Positions 49,542 to 59,308 of a stretch of DNA of 64,000 nucleotides are shown one piece after another (position 1 is the first letter of the stretch; every line of letters begins with the position of its first letter). The translations under genes and the position numbers were made by a program. Source of the stretch: Bryobacterales bacterium (GTDB taxonomy: Bacteria > Acidobacteriota > Terriglobia > Bryobacterales > UBA6623); contig JAPPMB010000167.1 in NCBI GenBank assembly GCA_028819255.1, forward strand, positions 27,656 to 91,655, read 5' to 3'. The notes beneath the pieces were generated by a model. It did no database searches and was not told the origin of the DNA. It saw only the letters and a list, made by a program, of their open reading frames with translations.

Positions 49542-50818
49542 TCACGGTGCTCGCAGGCCTGCGGCCTTGCTGGATGCCGGTCCTGTCGTAGCCATCGACG
49601 AGCGAGCATGCGACGAATGCGGCCTAGTCTCTCCTCCACACACTCCCCGCGGACCCGCACAGACGAGGGCTTCCGCCACCTGCCGACCCTCCATCTCGCC
49701 TCCCGGCTCGCCCAGCACTGCGGCCGCTGACGCCGCGATGTCGCCGTGGGAGATCGTGCGGTCGGCCTCCCCCTTCTCCACCCCCGCCCCCAGTGCCAGC
49801 ATCCAAACGTTGCGGCAGGAGGGGTCTCCGCTGCGGTGGTTGAGAAAACGGTTCGTCGTCTCCCGCGGTCCCCGTCCCGTCCGAGTTCCGGAAGGATCAG
49901 CAGCGTTGTTCTTTCCTTGTAGGCCGGACTCGACTTCACCTCGTCCCAGAGCATCCCGCGAAGCCGGTCCGTATTCGTCACAGCCTGCAGGTACAGCGAG
50001 TACGCGCCCCATTGGGCGACGCCCATGTCCCAGAAGTTCACCAGCATCAGGCGCGGCGCGAATTTCCGCATGATTTCCCGAGCGACGAAGAATGTCAGTT
50101 TGTCCCCCGAGTTCGGCGCCTCCGGCACGTAGATGTATTCGACGAGACTGCTCTTGAGCTTCTCCTTCACCTGCCTTTCAAGCTGCCTCCCCCCGAGGAG
50201 AATCGTTCATCCGATGCCTTCGTATCCGGCATTGAGGATCCCTTCCAGCTGTCGGAGCACGTTCTCGCGGTCTGCTACGCCGTGGTCCTTGTCCCGCTTG
50301 ATGACCTCGTCCACCGCTTCCAGCAGGAGCTGGTTGGGCAGCACGACGTTCGCCCCGACCGCTCCGCCGTAGCCTCGCACCCTCGTCGCGCCCATCGAGG
50401 CGAAGCTCTTGTTCGTGCAGATGGCCCATGCATCGGTCGCGGGCCTTCGCCAGGACTTCCTGTAGTACTCGAAGATGGTGGGACCCTTTGCCTGCTCGAA
50501 GCCGAAGTCATCGACCCGCTGCCAGATTGCCGTCACGATGCTCGACGTGGAGTCGTAGTGCGACAGTACGCCGCTGTTCACGGAACTGGAAAAGAACCGC
50601 CCCTCTGGCCTCAGAGCGGCCAGGCGGTGGATGTCCCGCAGGCCCTCGGGGGCAAAGGTCTCCTGGTAGCGGCATCGGCCGCCGAACGTCACCAGGATCA
50701 GGTTCCGGTCATCACTCGAAGGTCTCGACGGCTGGGGCCGGAGCCACGGCGGCACAAGCCTGTCGGCGATCTCAAGGCCCGCAAGCCGAAGGAAGTCGCG
50801 CTTGGGCAGCGTTCGCAT
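49542..50818 (-). pseudogene. Tat-signal DUF1501-like (alkaline-phosphatase superfamily) gene with in-frame TGA and a frameshift
   Basis: MRTLPKRDFLRLAG...NLILVTFGGRCRYQETF...NAGYEGIG then TGA at 50207-50209. The same frame continues TILLGGRQLERQVKEKL...LILPELGRDGD. The frame shifts near 49865 to ..NRFLNHRSGDPSCRNVWMLALGAGVEKG...HGDIAASAAAVLG. Confidence 0.55.
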
Positions 50819-51353
50819 CAGTAGGCGACGATCTTGCCTCCCGGGATCTTCTTGCGGGTGCCCGGGCCCAGATCCAGCGGGTGGTCGTAGCCTGGCAGGA
50901 TCTCTCCTGTCGGCGAGTAGTACGGCCCGATGTCTCAGGCCATAGATCTGTTGCCCTCTACAACGAGAGTGATTCTCGTGATCAGCTTGGCGGACTTGTA
51001 GCCGTACTCCGAGGGCGCGGCCAGCCGCAGGGGCGTGCCGTGCTGGTCTGCATCACGCCGGGCTCAGCCATCTCATAGAGAGACATGTACTCCTACCACT
51101 TGTCGGCACAGTCGATGCGTACGGACCTCGCCTCGGCGAGCGGCTTGACATCCTCGACGAGTTCCGCGAACCGGAACCCGCTCCACGTCGTGCGGGCCGA
51201 CCGGCATTGCACGTACTTGAGCCGGGTGGACCGCTCGAACCCGGGATACGCCCTCAGGTCGCTGACGGACAGCCTGAGCGGCCTGTCGACCATGCCACCG
51301 ACCTCGAGACGGCATGAGGTCTTCTCAACGGGAGGCACTGGGTTGGACCACAT
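50818..51353 (-). pseudogene. molybdopterin-dependent (sulfite-oxidase-fold) oxidoreductase gene with TAG, a frameshift and TGA
   Basis: MWSNPVPPVEKTSCRLEVGGMVDRPLRLSVSDL...VRIDCADKW then TAG at 51093-51095, then EYMSLYEMAEPGV. A frameshift near 51050 leads to DADQHGTPLRLAAPSEYGYKSAKLITRITLV...NRSMA, then TGA at 50935-50937, then DIGPYY...GKIVAY. Its stop overlaps the downstream ATG (TGATG). Confidence 0.55.
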
Positions 51354-51495
51354 GATCCGGAACCCGAACTCGTCCGGCGTATCGGTAGGCAGGAGTACCG
51401 CGCCCCGCTCCGCAGCCCCTGCTGCCGCGGTCGCAGCGGCCGGAAATGGCCTTTGACGAATGCCCGCCTTGAGTCTAGCCGCAGACGGGGGCCGC

Positions 51496-52185
51496 CTATT
51501 CGGGATCGAAGATGTAGCCGATGCCGTGGCGGGTGACGATCCATCGGGGCTTCCTGGGCTGCTCCTCGATCTTCTGTCGCAGCCAGCCCACATGGACGTC
51601 AACCGTCCGCGTCGAGAGTCCCACCCTGTACTTCCACACCTTCTGAAGAAGCACATCGCGCGTCAGCGCTTCACGGGGATGCCGGACAAAATACAGGAGC
51701 AGCTGGTACTCCTTCGCGGAAAGCTGCAACTGCTCGCCGTCCCGGAACACGGCGGCCTGTCTGGCGTCTAGCCGCACATTCCCGAACCTGTAGATGCCGC
51801 CGGTCCCGGAACCGCCCCTCATCTTGTCGCGCCGCAACATCGCCTCGATCCGAGCCACCAGCTCCAGCATTTCGAACGGCTTGACCAGGTAGTCGTCCGC
51901 ACCTGTCCTCAGCCCGGCTACCCGATCCTCGAGCTGGCCCTTGGCTGTCAGCATCAGCACGGGGGTGGGGATGCCGTCCGCACGAAGATCTCTGCACACG
52001 TCGAGACCGGGCTTGCCGGGGAGCATCAGATCGAGCACGATGAGATCGATCCCTCCCAGGAGCGCGCGCTCATAGCCTTCCTGACCGTCGGCTGCGGTCT
52101 CGATGTCGTATCCCTCCGCCTCCAGGCGGTCCTGGACCGTCATGCGGATTCCAACCTCGTCCTCGATCAGCAACACTCGCGACAC
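51496..52185 (-). CDS. OmpR/PhoB-family response regulator
   Basis: MSRVLLIEDE...DLIVLDLMLPG...MLTAK...GADDYLVKPF (receiver domain), and a C-terminal winged helix ..LSAKEYQLLLYFVRHP...VDVHVGWLRQKIE. Confidence 0.9.
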   Translation of the reverse strand: MSRVLLIEDEVGIRMTVQDRLEAEGYDIETAADGQEGYERALLGGIDLIVLDLMLPGKPGLDVCRDLRADGIPTPVLMLTAKGQLEDRVAGLRTGADDYLVKPFEMLELVARIEAMLRRDKMRGGSGTGGIYRFGNVRLDARQAAVFRDGEQLQLSAKEYQLLLYFVRHPREALTRDVLLQKVWKYRVGLSTRTVDVHVGWLRQKIEEQPRKPRWIVTRHGIGYIFDPE

Positions 52186-52194
52186 GGCTGCCCC

Positions 52195-54006
52195 CTACGA
52201 CTCCTCGCCCGCCGGCAGGCGCAGGACGAACACGGTGCCGCCGCCAGCCCCGCTGCGGAACAACAGGGACCCGCCCATGCCCTCTGCCAGATCCCGGGCC
52301 AGCTTGAGCCCCAGACCCGAGCCCTGGATGCTCCCTGCCCCGGCGGCGGAACCGCGATAGTAGGCGTTGAAGACGCGGTTCGCCTCGGACGCCGGAATGC
52401 CCGGCCCCCGGTCGCGGACACGGATTCGGATGCAAGGCGGCTCTCTCTGGCCGTCAACGTCGGTCTCTATCCGCACCCAGCGTCCGGGTTCCCCGTACTT
52501 CACCGCGTTGCTGAGCAGATTCGCGAGGATCTGCTGCAGCGCTCCCTCGTCCGCCCGTACCGCGGGAAGCTCGGTCCCTTCGTGCCGCTCAACGGCGAAC
52601 CCGGCCTGCTCGATCATCGGCTGGGCGGTCTCCAGCGCCTTCGCGACTGCCTTCCGAGCGTCCAGAGAGACAAGCTGCAGCTGCGCTCTTCCGGTTTCCA
52701 GCGCCGCCGCCTGGAGCGTCTTCTCCACCATTTGGCTCAGCCGCTTGCCTTGGTCGCGGACCAGTTCACCATAGCGGCGGATCTGGAGTTCGGTCCCCAC
52801 AACCCCATCGGCGAGATTCTCGCCGACGGAACGGATCACCGCGAGGGGAGTGCGGAGCTCGTGCGTCACGCCTGCGATGAACTGCATCTGCATTCTGGCC
52901 AACTGCTCCGCGCGCCTCGCGGAGACCATCAGCAGCGCCATTGCGCCGGCCAGCACCACGAGCACCCCCAGTCCTGTGGCAAGATTGCGAGTCCGCTGCC
53001 TTTCGACGACACTCTCGAGCGATCCGGAGGCATGCTTGGCCGCGACGACCACGGATGGCGGAGGTCTGCCGCTCGCCATCAAGAGCCGTGGGCGCACCGC
53101 CGGAGACAGGCGTCGGCCGGAACTGCCGGGTGCGGCGAGGCCGCGAAGAGATTCGTTGCCGGGTCCGGCACGGTCTTCGGTCCCAGGCGCCGACCCCCTC
53201 GGCGCATCGCGGAAAAGACGCATTCGACGGCGGTCATCGACCCCGGCCAGCCAGCCGCTCCCGATGGACGGATCGGATCGGTACAGAAAACGGGATGTTC
53301 CACCGGCGAGCATCGCGACCTGATACAGCTGCTCGCCTTCCGGACCGGCGAAGAGCCGGCGCGTGATGTCGGGCAGCATGGTGCCTGTGACGTACTCCCA
53401 GTCCAGCACTAGGATCACGTATTCGGATGGCCCCGTTCGTGGAGGACGGCCCACGCCGCGACGCAAAATCCCGGACAGGACCTCCGCCCGGGTGACAGCC
53501 CCGACTCTCGGGAACACCGACCAGACAAACGGACGGAGCCCCCCGGTCCGGACGGGTGCGGCACTAGCCGCGTCAAGAGGATCCCGAATCGCTGCCAGGC
53601 TCTCGTCCCATTCCGCCTCCAAGGGTTCGCTCCCGCCCGGAACCAGCTCCTTCAGGACGCCCGAGCCATCGGACTCGAAAGAATAAAACAGCACCCTGCT
53701 CAGCATGTCCGGATACGCTGTGGACTGCGACCACAGGGCATAGTCTTCGGCATATTGGCTCCAGCGTCCGTCCAGGCCGACTCGCGAGCGCGGCTGGAAG
53801 CGAAAGTGCAAAGACATCACCTCTCGCTGGAGCACCTGCTCGAACTGCCGAATCGAATTCGAGAGGGCGTTCTGCATCATCGCCGCCTGCGCGAGGCTGA
53901 GCTGGCCGGTCCAGCCGAACTGAAGCACGGCAAGGGTGGCGAGCATGGCCACGCACAGGACGATGGCGAGTACGGGCCAGATCGCGCGCAGCTTGATCAC
54001 GGGCAC
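52195..54006 (-). CDS. sensor histidine kinase (two TM segments, about 300-aa periplasmic domain)
   Basis: FIAGVTHELRTPLAVI (H-box), LLSNAVKYG (N-box), VRDRGPGIP and GSGLGLKLA (G-boxes). TM1 is near the N-terminus and TM2 (GLGVLVVLAGAMALLMV) lies directly before HisKA. Confidence 0.9.
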   Translation of the reverse strand: MPVIKLRAIWPVLAIVLCVAMLATLAVLQFGWTGQLSLAQAAMMQNALSNSIRQFEQVLQREVMSLHFRFQPRSRVGLDGRWSQYAEDYALWSQSTAYPDMLSRVLFYSFESDGSGVLKELVPGGSEPLEAEWDESLAAIRDPLDAASAAPVRTGGLRPFVWSVFPRVGAVTRAEVLSGILRRGVGRPPRTGPSEYVILVLDWEYVTGTMLPDITRRLFAGPEGEQLYQVAMLAGGTSRFLYRSDPSIGSGWLAGVDDRRRMRLFRDAPRGSAPGTEDRAGPGNESLRGLAAPGSSGRRLSPAVRPRLLMASGRPPPSVVVAAKHASGSLESVVERQRTRNLATGLGVLVVLAGAMALLMVSARRAEQLARMQMQFIAGVTHELRTPLAVIRSVGENLADGVVGTELQIRRYGELVRDQGKRLSQMVEKTLQAAALETGRAQLQLVSLDARKAVAKALETAQPMIEQAGFAVERHEGTELPAVRADEGALQQILANLLSNAVKYGEPGRWVRIETDVDGQREPPCIRIRVRDRGPGIPASEANRVFNAYYRGSAAGAGSIQGSGLGLKLARDLAEGMGGSLLFRSGAGGGTVFVLRLPAGEES

Positions 54007-54259
54007 GGTAGCTTGATTATTGCGCGTCTTCGGAAGCCCACGTCAATGGCCGACGCGCGACGGTCACATCTCGAGAGCCGGAAAACGTCATCGTCCAAAG
54101 AGGCCTGCCCTGGCCGGCGCCGAAGGCCCCCCGGATACGAGCGGAGGTCGCAGGCCTTGAGCTGACCGGGAAGCGTCGAACACCAAGCGCCAGCAGACGG
54201 CGGGGCCTGGCAGGAGCCGCGCCGGGTCGGAACTGTCGCGGGCCGGCAGGGTCGATCGG

Positions 54260-54267
54260 GCTAGAAT
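54260..54267 (+). promoter_or_regulatory. -10-like box GCTAGAAT; likely leaderless transcript for the deacetylase gene
   Basis: TAGAAT ends 6 nt before ATG 54274, and no Shine-Dalgarno sequence can fit in between. Confidence 0.45.
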
Positions 54268-54273
54268 CTCGCT

Positions 54274-55215
54274 ATGGCGACGACCGCGTATCTGGCACCT
54301 GATGCGTCCGTGCATCACAAGACACCGCACGGGCATCCCGAGAGAGTGGCGAGATTCCATGCCGTCGCCCGCGCCCTCTCCGCGGCGGGACTCGACGCTC
54401 GGATGAAGCGGCTGGAGCCGGGGGAGATCGGCCGCGACACGCTGCTGCTCTGCCACGAAGAACCCTACGTTGCGCTGGCTGAACGCGAGATTGCGGCCGG
54501 GAGGCGCATGCTCTCCACCGGCGACACCCATGTTGGGCCGGGTTCGCTGACGGCAGCCCGCGGGGCAGCCGGAGCCGTCTGCGCAGCGGTCGACGAAGTG
54601 GTCGAGGGCTCCTGCAGCCGGGCCTTCTGTGCGCTCAGGCCCCCTGGCCATCACGCGCGGCCCAACCAGGGCATGGGGTTCTGCATCTTTAACAACGTCG
54701 CGGTCGCGGCACGGCATGCGATCCGCAATCACGGGCTCGGACGGGTGATGATCGCAGACTGGGACGTGCATCACGGCAACGGAACCCAGGACATTTTCTA
54801 TGCGGACCCGGATGTGCTGTTCTTCAGCACTCACCAGTCCCCGTGGTACCCGGGGACCGGGGCGGCCGGCGAGATCGGCGACGGCCCGGGGGAAGGCACG
54901 ACCATCAACTGCCCGTTCCCGGCGGGGTCCGGCCGGGCGGAGATCCTGGGTGCGTTCCGTGGGCTGCTGATGCCCGCGGCGGACGCGTTTCGGCCGGACC
55001 TCGTGATGATCTCCGCAGGCTTCGATTCGCGGCTCGGGGATCCACTGGGACGGTTCCGTCTCACCGACGAGGACTTTCGCGAACTGACGCTCCTGCTGCG
55101 CGAAGTCGCGGACAGACACGCCGGCGGACGCCTCGTATCCGCCCTGGAAGGCGGCTACAGTCTTGAGGGCCTCGCCTCTGGAGTGACGAGCCACGTCGCG
55201 GCGCTGCTCGAGTAG
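54274..55215 (+). CDS. histone-deacetylase-family (arginase-fold) deacetylase/amidohydrolase
   Basis: FCALRPPGHHA, IADWDVHHGNGTQDIF, ISAGFDS and EGGY are the canonical HDAC/AcuC-family motifs. Confidence 0.9.
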   Translation: MATTAYLAPDASVHHKTPHGHPERVARFHAVARALSAAGLDARMKRLEPGEIGRDTLLLCHEEPYVALAEREIAAGRRMLSTGDTHVGPGSLTAARGAAGAVCAAVDEVVEGSCSRAFCALRPPGHHARPNQGMGFCIFNNVAVAARHAIRNHGLGRVMIADWDVHHGNGTQDIFYADPDVLFFSTHQSPWYPGTGAAGEIGDGPGEGTTINCPFPAGSGRAEILGAFRGLLMPAADAFRPDLVMISAGFDSRLGDPLGRFRLTDEDFRELTLLLREVADRHAGGRLVSALEGGYSLEGLASGVTSHVAALLE

Positions 55216-55238
55216 CGGGACCCGGCGTCGCGCGAGCC

Positions 55239-55610
55239 TCAGTCGATCCGAATCGAGACAATCGGCGAGGTTGTGACCACGGAGTGCCGAGGGTGCCGGA
55301 ACTCCATGTGCATGCCTCGACCGAGATACTCCACCTTCAGCATCGAGCCCCCCCAGCTCGAGCCGCGGACACTCACGGGAACCGGTCGGGGGCAAAATTC
55401 CGGGTGGCCCGAGATCCACGTCTGCCCGTTGCGAATGTGGAGCTCGTAGAGCCGGTTAACGGTCTGGACCAGCACCCGGCTGCCGTTCTTCAACCCGGTC
55501 AGGCGCAGGCCGCCCTCCACTTCCGAGCGCACGATCCGCTCCCGGATCTCCGCGGCAAGTCCCCGCAGGGCGCCGAAGGTGGTTGCCGCCACCGGGCCTG
55601 TGCGGTGCAA
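55239..55610 (-). CDS. hypothetical 123-aa protein, last gene of the MoxR/Bat-like operon
   Basis: The ORF has balanced composition and sits 37 nt downstream of the 1219-aa gene on the same strand. No family recognised. Confidence 0.45.
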   Translation of the reverse strand: MHRTGPVAATTFGALRGLAAEIRERIVRSEVEGGLRLTGLKNGSRVLVQTVNRLYELHIRNGQTWISGHPEFCPRPVPVSVRGSSWGGSMLKVEYLGRGMHMEFRHPRHSVVTTSPIVSIRID

Positions 55611-55647
55611 TCCGGAAATCCTCCCCTCGCTCCCGTTCCGGGCCGGG

Positions 55648-58600
55648 CTAACGGGCCCGGCCCAACCTGCGGTAGTACTCCGCGACCGCCTCCCGGTACG
55701 GCTCGGGCACGGTCTCCGAAACGATGGCGCGCACTTCTTCCTTGTCGTCGAGCTCGACCTGTCGGCGCAGCTTCACTTCGAGCTGCTCGAGCAAGGCCAG
55801 CATCCTGCGGTACTCCTCCTCCAGCAGCTCCGGATTGCCGCGGAACCTGCCGTCGCCCAGCTCGCGGGCGAAATTGCGCAGATCCTCGATGTCCTTCGGA
55901 TCGAACTCCCTCTGCGCTCTGCCGCTGCGGGCGAGGCTGGGGACTTCCGCAAGGCTCTCCTCCAAGGCACGCTCCATGCGCTCGGCGACATCGGGGTTGC
56001 CTGTGATCGGCGGGAAGCCGCCGCGCCACCGGCGGTCGCCGGACCACCCCCAGCTGGCCCGGCCGCCGCGCCGGTCGCCGCGCCCCGGAGCCGGGCCGGC
56101 AGCCTGGCCGTCCCGTCTCGGCTCACCCGCTCCGCTCCCTGCCTGCTGTCCGCCCTCCTGCCGGCCTTGCCGTCCCTCTCCGGGCTGCCGTCCCTCTCCG
56201 GTGGGCTCGTCGCGGCCCGCCGCGGCCGCGTCCTCGAGGCCCCGCCGCAGTCGCTCCACTTCCGACAGCATCCGGGCAAGCCCCCGGTCATCGCCGCCCC
56301 GCTCCTCCCGGGCGATCTGGCCCGCTTTCTGAATGTCGTCGCGCAACCGGCGCAAGGCCCGGGAGACGGCCTCCTCGTTGCTGGCGGCGTACGGAGCAAG
56401 GCCGCGCCGGATCAGGTCGGCGGCGTATTGAATCGTGGGAGAGGCTTCGGACTGCTGCAATTCCATGAGCGCGTTCAGCAAGGCCCGGGAAGCGTCGTCA
56501 TTCCGCCCTCGAAGAGCCCGAGCCTGGCGCTGCAGCCCCTTCTCGATCTCGCCGACGCGCTCTCCCATGTCGGACTTCAGATCCGAGAGTTCTATCTCTT
56601 CCTCCCGCGTCATGCCCGTGGGCAGGGGACCGTTCTGCCGTCCCCCCTGTGCCTTCAGGGCCTCAAGGGCGACCCTCAGAGACTCCTGCAGCCTTTGCGC
56701 AGCCCGCTCCTGGTCCTCGACCAGCTGCGCCGACTCCCTCGCCAGTTCGTCCAGCGCCGATGCGCTCTGCTGTCTTCTCTGCTCCTCCATGAGGTCTACA
56801 GCCCTCTGCAGTTCGCGCAGCGCCCCGGCGGAAGCCGAGCGCGGGTCCCCGCCCTGGCTGCCCCGCTCCATCTCCTGGGAGGCCCGCCGAAGCTGCTCGA
56901 TGGCGCGGTCGAGCTGCTGGCGCGAGCCCCGTCCGCCCTGGGAGGAGCCCTGCCCCTGCGACCCCTGGGCTCCCTGTGCGCCGGCCTGCTGCCGGCGGCT
57001 GGACTCCTGGCGGCGCTGGAGCTGCTCCAGCTGGCGCCTGAGGTCCTCCGCCTCGCGTCTCAGCATCTCCTGCTGCCAGCGCTGCTCGAAGCCTGCGCGG
57101 GAACGGTCCTGTGCGCGGTCGGCGAGCTGCTCCTGGCGACGCGCGAGCTCCTCCAGCTTCTTCATCGCCTCGTCGATCTCCTGCTCGACCTGCTGGCCCG
57201 ACGCCCCGCCACCCGTCTCGTACTGGTTCTTCTCGAGGTCCATCTCCAGCTCGAACATTTCGGCCAGATCGCGCGACGCGCCGCCGCCGCCGCCGCGCCC
57301 CTGGGACATCGAGATCTGGATGTCGGTGAACAGGTTTTCCGCGCGCAGCAGGAACTGCAGCGCCTGCTGCTCGGGACCAACCGCATCCTCCAGCCGGAAT
57401 CCGTGCAGGGCCTCGGCCGCCGGCTCCATGAACGCTGCGGCCTGCTCCATGTACTCCACGAACTGGGCGAACATCGGGTCGGTCTCGGTCAGCTGCCGTG
57501 CACGGGTCCTCTGGGCAAGCGTCTGCGCCTGCTGCATCAGCGTCCCCTGCAGTTCGGACAGCATGGTCGCGCTCTCGCGCAGCTTGCGCTCCTCGCGTCC
57601 GTCCTCGGCGTCGCGCTCGTTGATCAGGTTCCAGGTCGCGAGAATAATCTCCTTCTGCCGGCGCGAGATCTCGTCCTGTCGCTGGCCCTGGCCGCCCTGG
57701 CCGCCGGCCTGCTGCGACTGGGAGAACCTGCGCTCGTAGGGCTGGACATTGATGAAGTACATGTCGCTGCGGACTTCGCGCTTGGCATCGCGCGCAACGA
57801 CGTAGTAGCTGATCAGATCGCCCGGAATCAGCCCTGCTTCCGGGGCGGGCGGCGGCAGCTCCTCGCCGCTCCCGGGGTCCGGCAGCTCCGCAACTCCGCC
57901 CGGAGGGCCGAATTCCTCCAGATAGAAGACGTGCCGTCTTGCGACATTGCCGGCGCCGCGTCGCGACGAGAGGCGCACGGTCTGCTCGTCCACGCCGTTC
58001 ACGGCGTAGCGCAGTTCCACCCCGCGCAGCCCGAAGTCGTCGCTGGCCTCGATGCTGACGGCAACTTCCTCGATGCTGCTCGCGCGCCAGTCCCGTCCGG
58101 GCTCCAGAATCTCGACGACGGGTTTCTGGTCCGGCACGGCCGTGATGAAGTAGTCGTCGGTCAGCCTGACGCTCTCTCCCCGATACGTCGCGGCGACATG
58201 GTAGGTCGAGTCCTCCCCGACCTCGATCTCCGCCGCGTTCCGGAGCAGGCCCACCTCCTCGCCGTCTCCAACGACCAGCAGCCCGCCCTCCAGCTCCTTG
58301 TCCGTCGAGACCGTGACGGTCACCCGCGTGCCCCGGACGGCGGCAATGTCGCCTCCCGGGTCCTGGACATGCGGATCCAGCCCGCTCCAGTCCGGGTACT
58401 CGTACTCCAGCCTGATGTTCTCCACATGCGGCATACTCACGACGCCCACAACGAACTCGCGGCTGCGCATGCGCCCCGCCTCCACGTAGTAGCGCAGAGG
58501 CTCGCGCACGGCCGAGAAGCCGAACTCGTAGCCCGAGCCCTGAAGCTGCGGCCCCATCGGCGCGGTCTCCCAATCCACGCTGCTCTCGAACTTCGCATGG

Positions 58601-59307
58601 ATCCGCACGGCCCCCGGTTCAAACCCGACGACGCTCGCGGTCACGTCCAGCCGCCCGCCCTCGCGAATCGTCGCGTCCCCCGGCTCCACGAGCAGCTCAT
58701 AGAGCGGGTCTCCCTGCGGCACGAGCCACCCCGCCCAGAGTCTGGCCGTGCCGTACTGCCAGTAGCCGGGCCCCGCCGTGCCCAACCACACGAGGCACAG
58801 CACGGCCATGCCGGCCGCCGCGGCGAACGCGGCCACCGCCGCCCGGCTGACGACCGTGTCCAGCGGCACTGCGGCGGCTGACCGGGACGTCTCGCGCGCC
58901 AGCAGCGCCAGCAACGGACTGGGCGAGCGTCCGGCGGCCTTCGCACGGGCATGCTCGTCCGCCCATGTCCTCAGCCGTCCTCCAAACTCCGGCGAGCGGC
59001 GTTCCGCCTCATCGGCGGCACGCCGAAGTGCCGGGCTGCGCAGGAGGCGGCGCAAGGGCAGCACCAGTGCGCCAACGGCCGCCGCCAAGAGGGCGAGCAG
59101 CAGAAAGACCCTTGAGCCGACTACACTAGCTTCGGAAAAGGCGGCCCGATTGGCAAGATACACGCAGATGGCGGTCGATGCGAGGGCCGTCGCCGCCATG
59201 GCTCCCGCACCGCGAGAGGCGACGGCAGCCCGCAGCCGTGTCGCGATCGAACCCAAGTACTCGTCAAGGGAGGTGCCAGTCTGATCCCGCTCATCCAGTA
59301 GCGCCAA
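55648..59307 (-). CDS. large membrane-anchored coiled-coil/low-complexity protein (DUF4175-like)
   Basis: 1219 aa with a TTG start. N-terminal TM segments (AMAATALASTAICVYL; VFLLLALLAAAVGALVL; AAVAAFAAAAGMAVLCLVWL), beta-rich repeats, then Q/E/R-rich coiled coil and G/Q/R low complexity. Its position after BatA/VWA is typical of these operons. Confidence 0.7.
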   Translation of the reverse strand: MALLDERDQTGTSLDEYLGSIATRLRAAVASRGAGAMAATALASTAICVYLANRAAFSEASVVGSRVFLLLALLAAAVGALVLPLRRLLRSPALRRAADEAERRSPEFGGRLRTWADEHARAKAAGRSPSPLLALLARETSRSAAAVPLDTVVSRAAVAAFAAAAGMAVLCLVWLGTAGPGYWQYGTARLWAGWLVPQGDPLYELLVEPGDATIREGGRLDVTASVVGFEPGAVRIHAKFESSVDWETAPMGPQLQGSGYEFGFSAVREPLRYYVEAGRMRSREFVVGVVSMPHVENIRLEYEYPDWSGLDPHVQDPGGDIAAVRGTRVTVTVSTDKELEGGLLVVGDGEEVGLLRNAAEIEVGEDSTYHVAATYRGESVRLTDDYFITAVPDQKPVVEILEPGRDWRASSIEEVAVSIEASDDFGLRGVELRYAVNGVDEQTVRLSSRRGAGNVARRHVFYLEEFGPPGGVAELPDPGSGEELPPPAPEAGLIPGDLISYYVVARDAKREVRSDMYFINVQPYERRFSQSQQAGGQGGQGQRQDEISRRQKEIILATWNLINERDAEDGREERKLRESATMLSELQGTLMQQAQTLAQRTRARQLTETDPMFAQFVEYMEQAAAFMEPAAEALHGFRLEDAVGPEQQALQFLLRAENLFTDIQISMSQGRGGGGGASRDLAEMFELEMDLEKNQYETGGGASGQQVEQEIDEAMKKLEELARRQEQLADRAQDRSRAGFEQRWQQEMLRREAEDLRRQLEQLQRRQESSRRQQAGAQGAQGSQGQGSSQGGRGSRQQLDRAIEQLRRASQEMERGSQGGDPRSASAGALRELQRAVDLMEEQRRQQSASALDELARESAQLVEDQERAAQRLQESLRVALEALKAQGGRQNGPLPTGMTREEEIELSDLKSDMGERVGEIEKGLQRQARALRGRNDDASRALLNALMELQQSEASPTIQYAADLIRRGLAPYAASNEEAVSRALRRLRDDIQKAGQIAREERGGDDRGLARMLSEVERLRRGLEDAAAAGRDEPTGEGRQPGEGRQGRQEGGQQAGSGAGEPRRDGQAAGPAPGRGDRRGGRASWGWSGDRRWRGGFPPITGNPDVAERMERALEESLAEVPSLARSGRAQREFDPKDIEDLRNFARELGDGRFRGNPELLEEEYRRMLALLEQLEVKLRRQVELDDKEEVRAIVSETVPEPYREAVAEYYRRLGRAR

Positions 59308-59308
59308 C

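Noticed and set aside
55579-58881. 1100-aa plus-strand ORF, and the 636-aa minus-strand alternate-frame ORF 56663..58573, overlapping the DUF4175-like gene.
   Set aside because: They are low-complexity Arg/Ala/Pro/Leu text without motifs. The 55648..59307 frame has TM segments, structured repeats and operon-consistent spacing.
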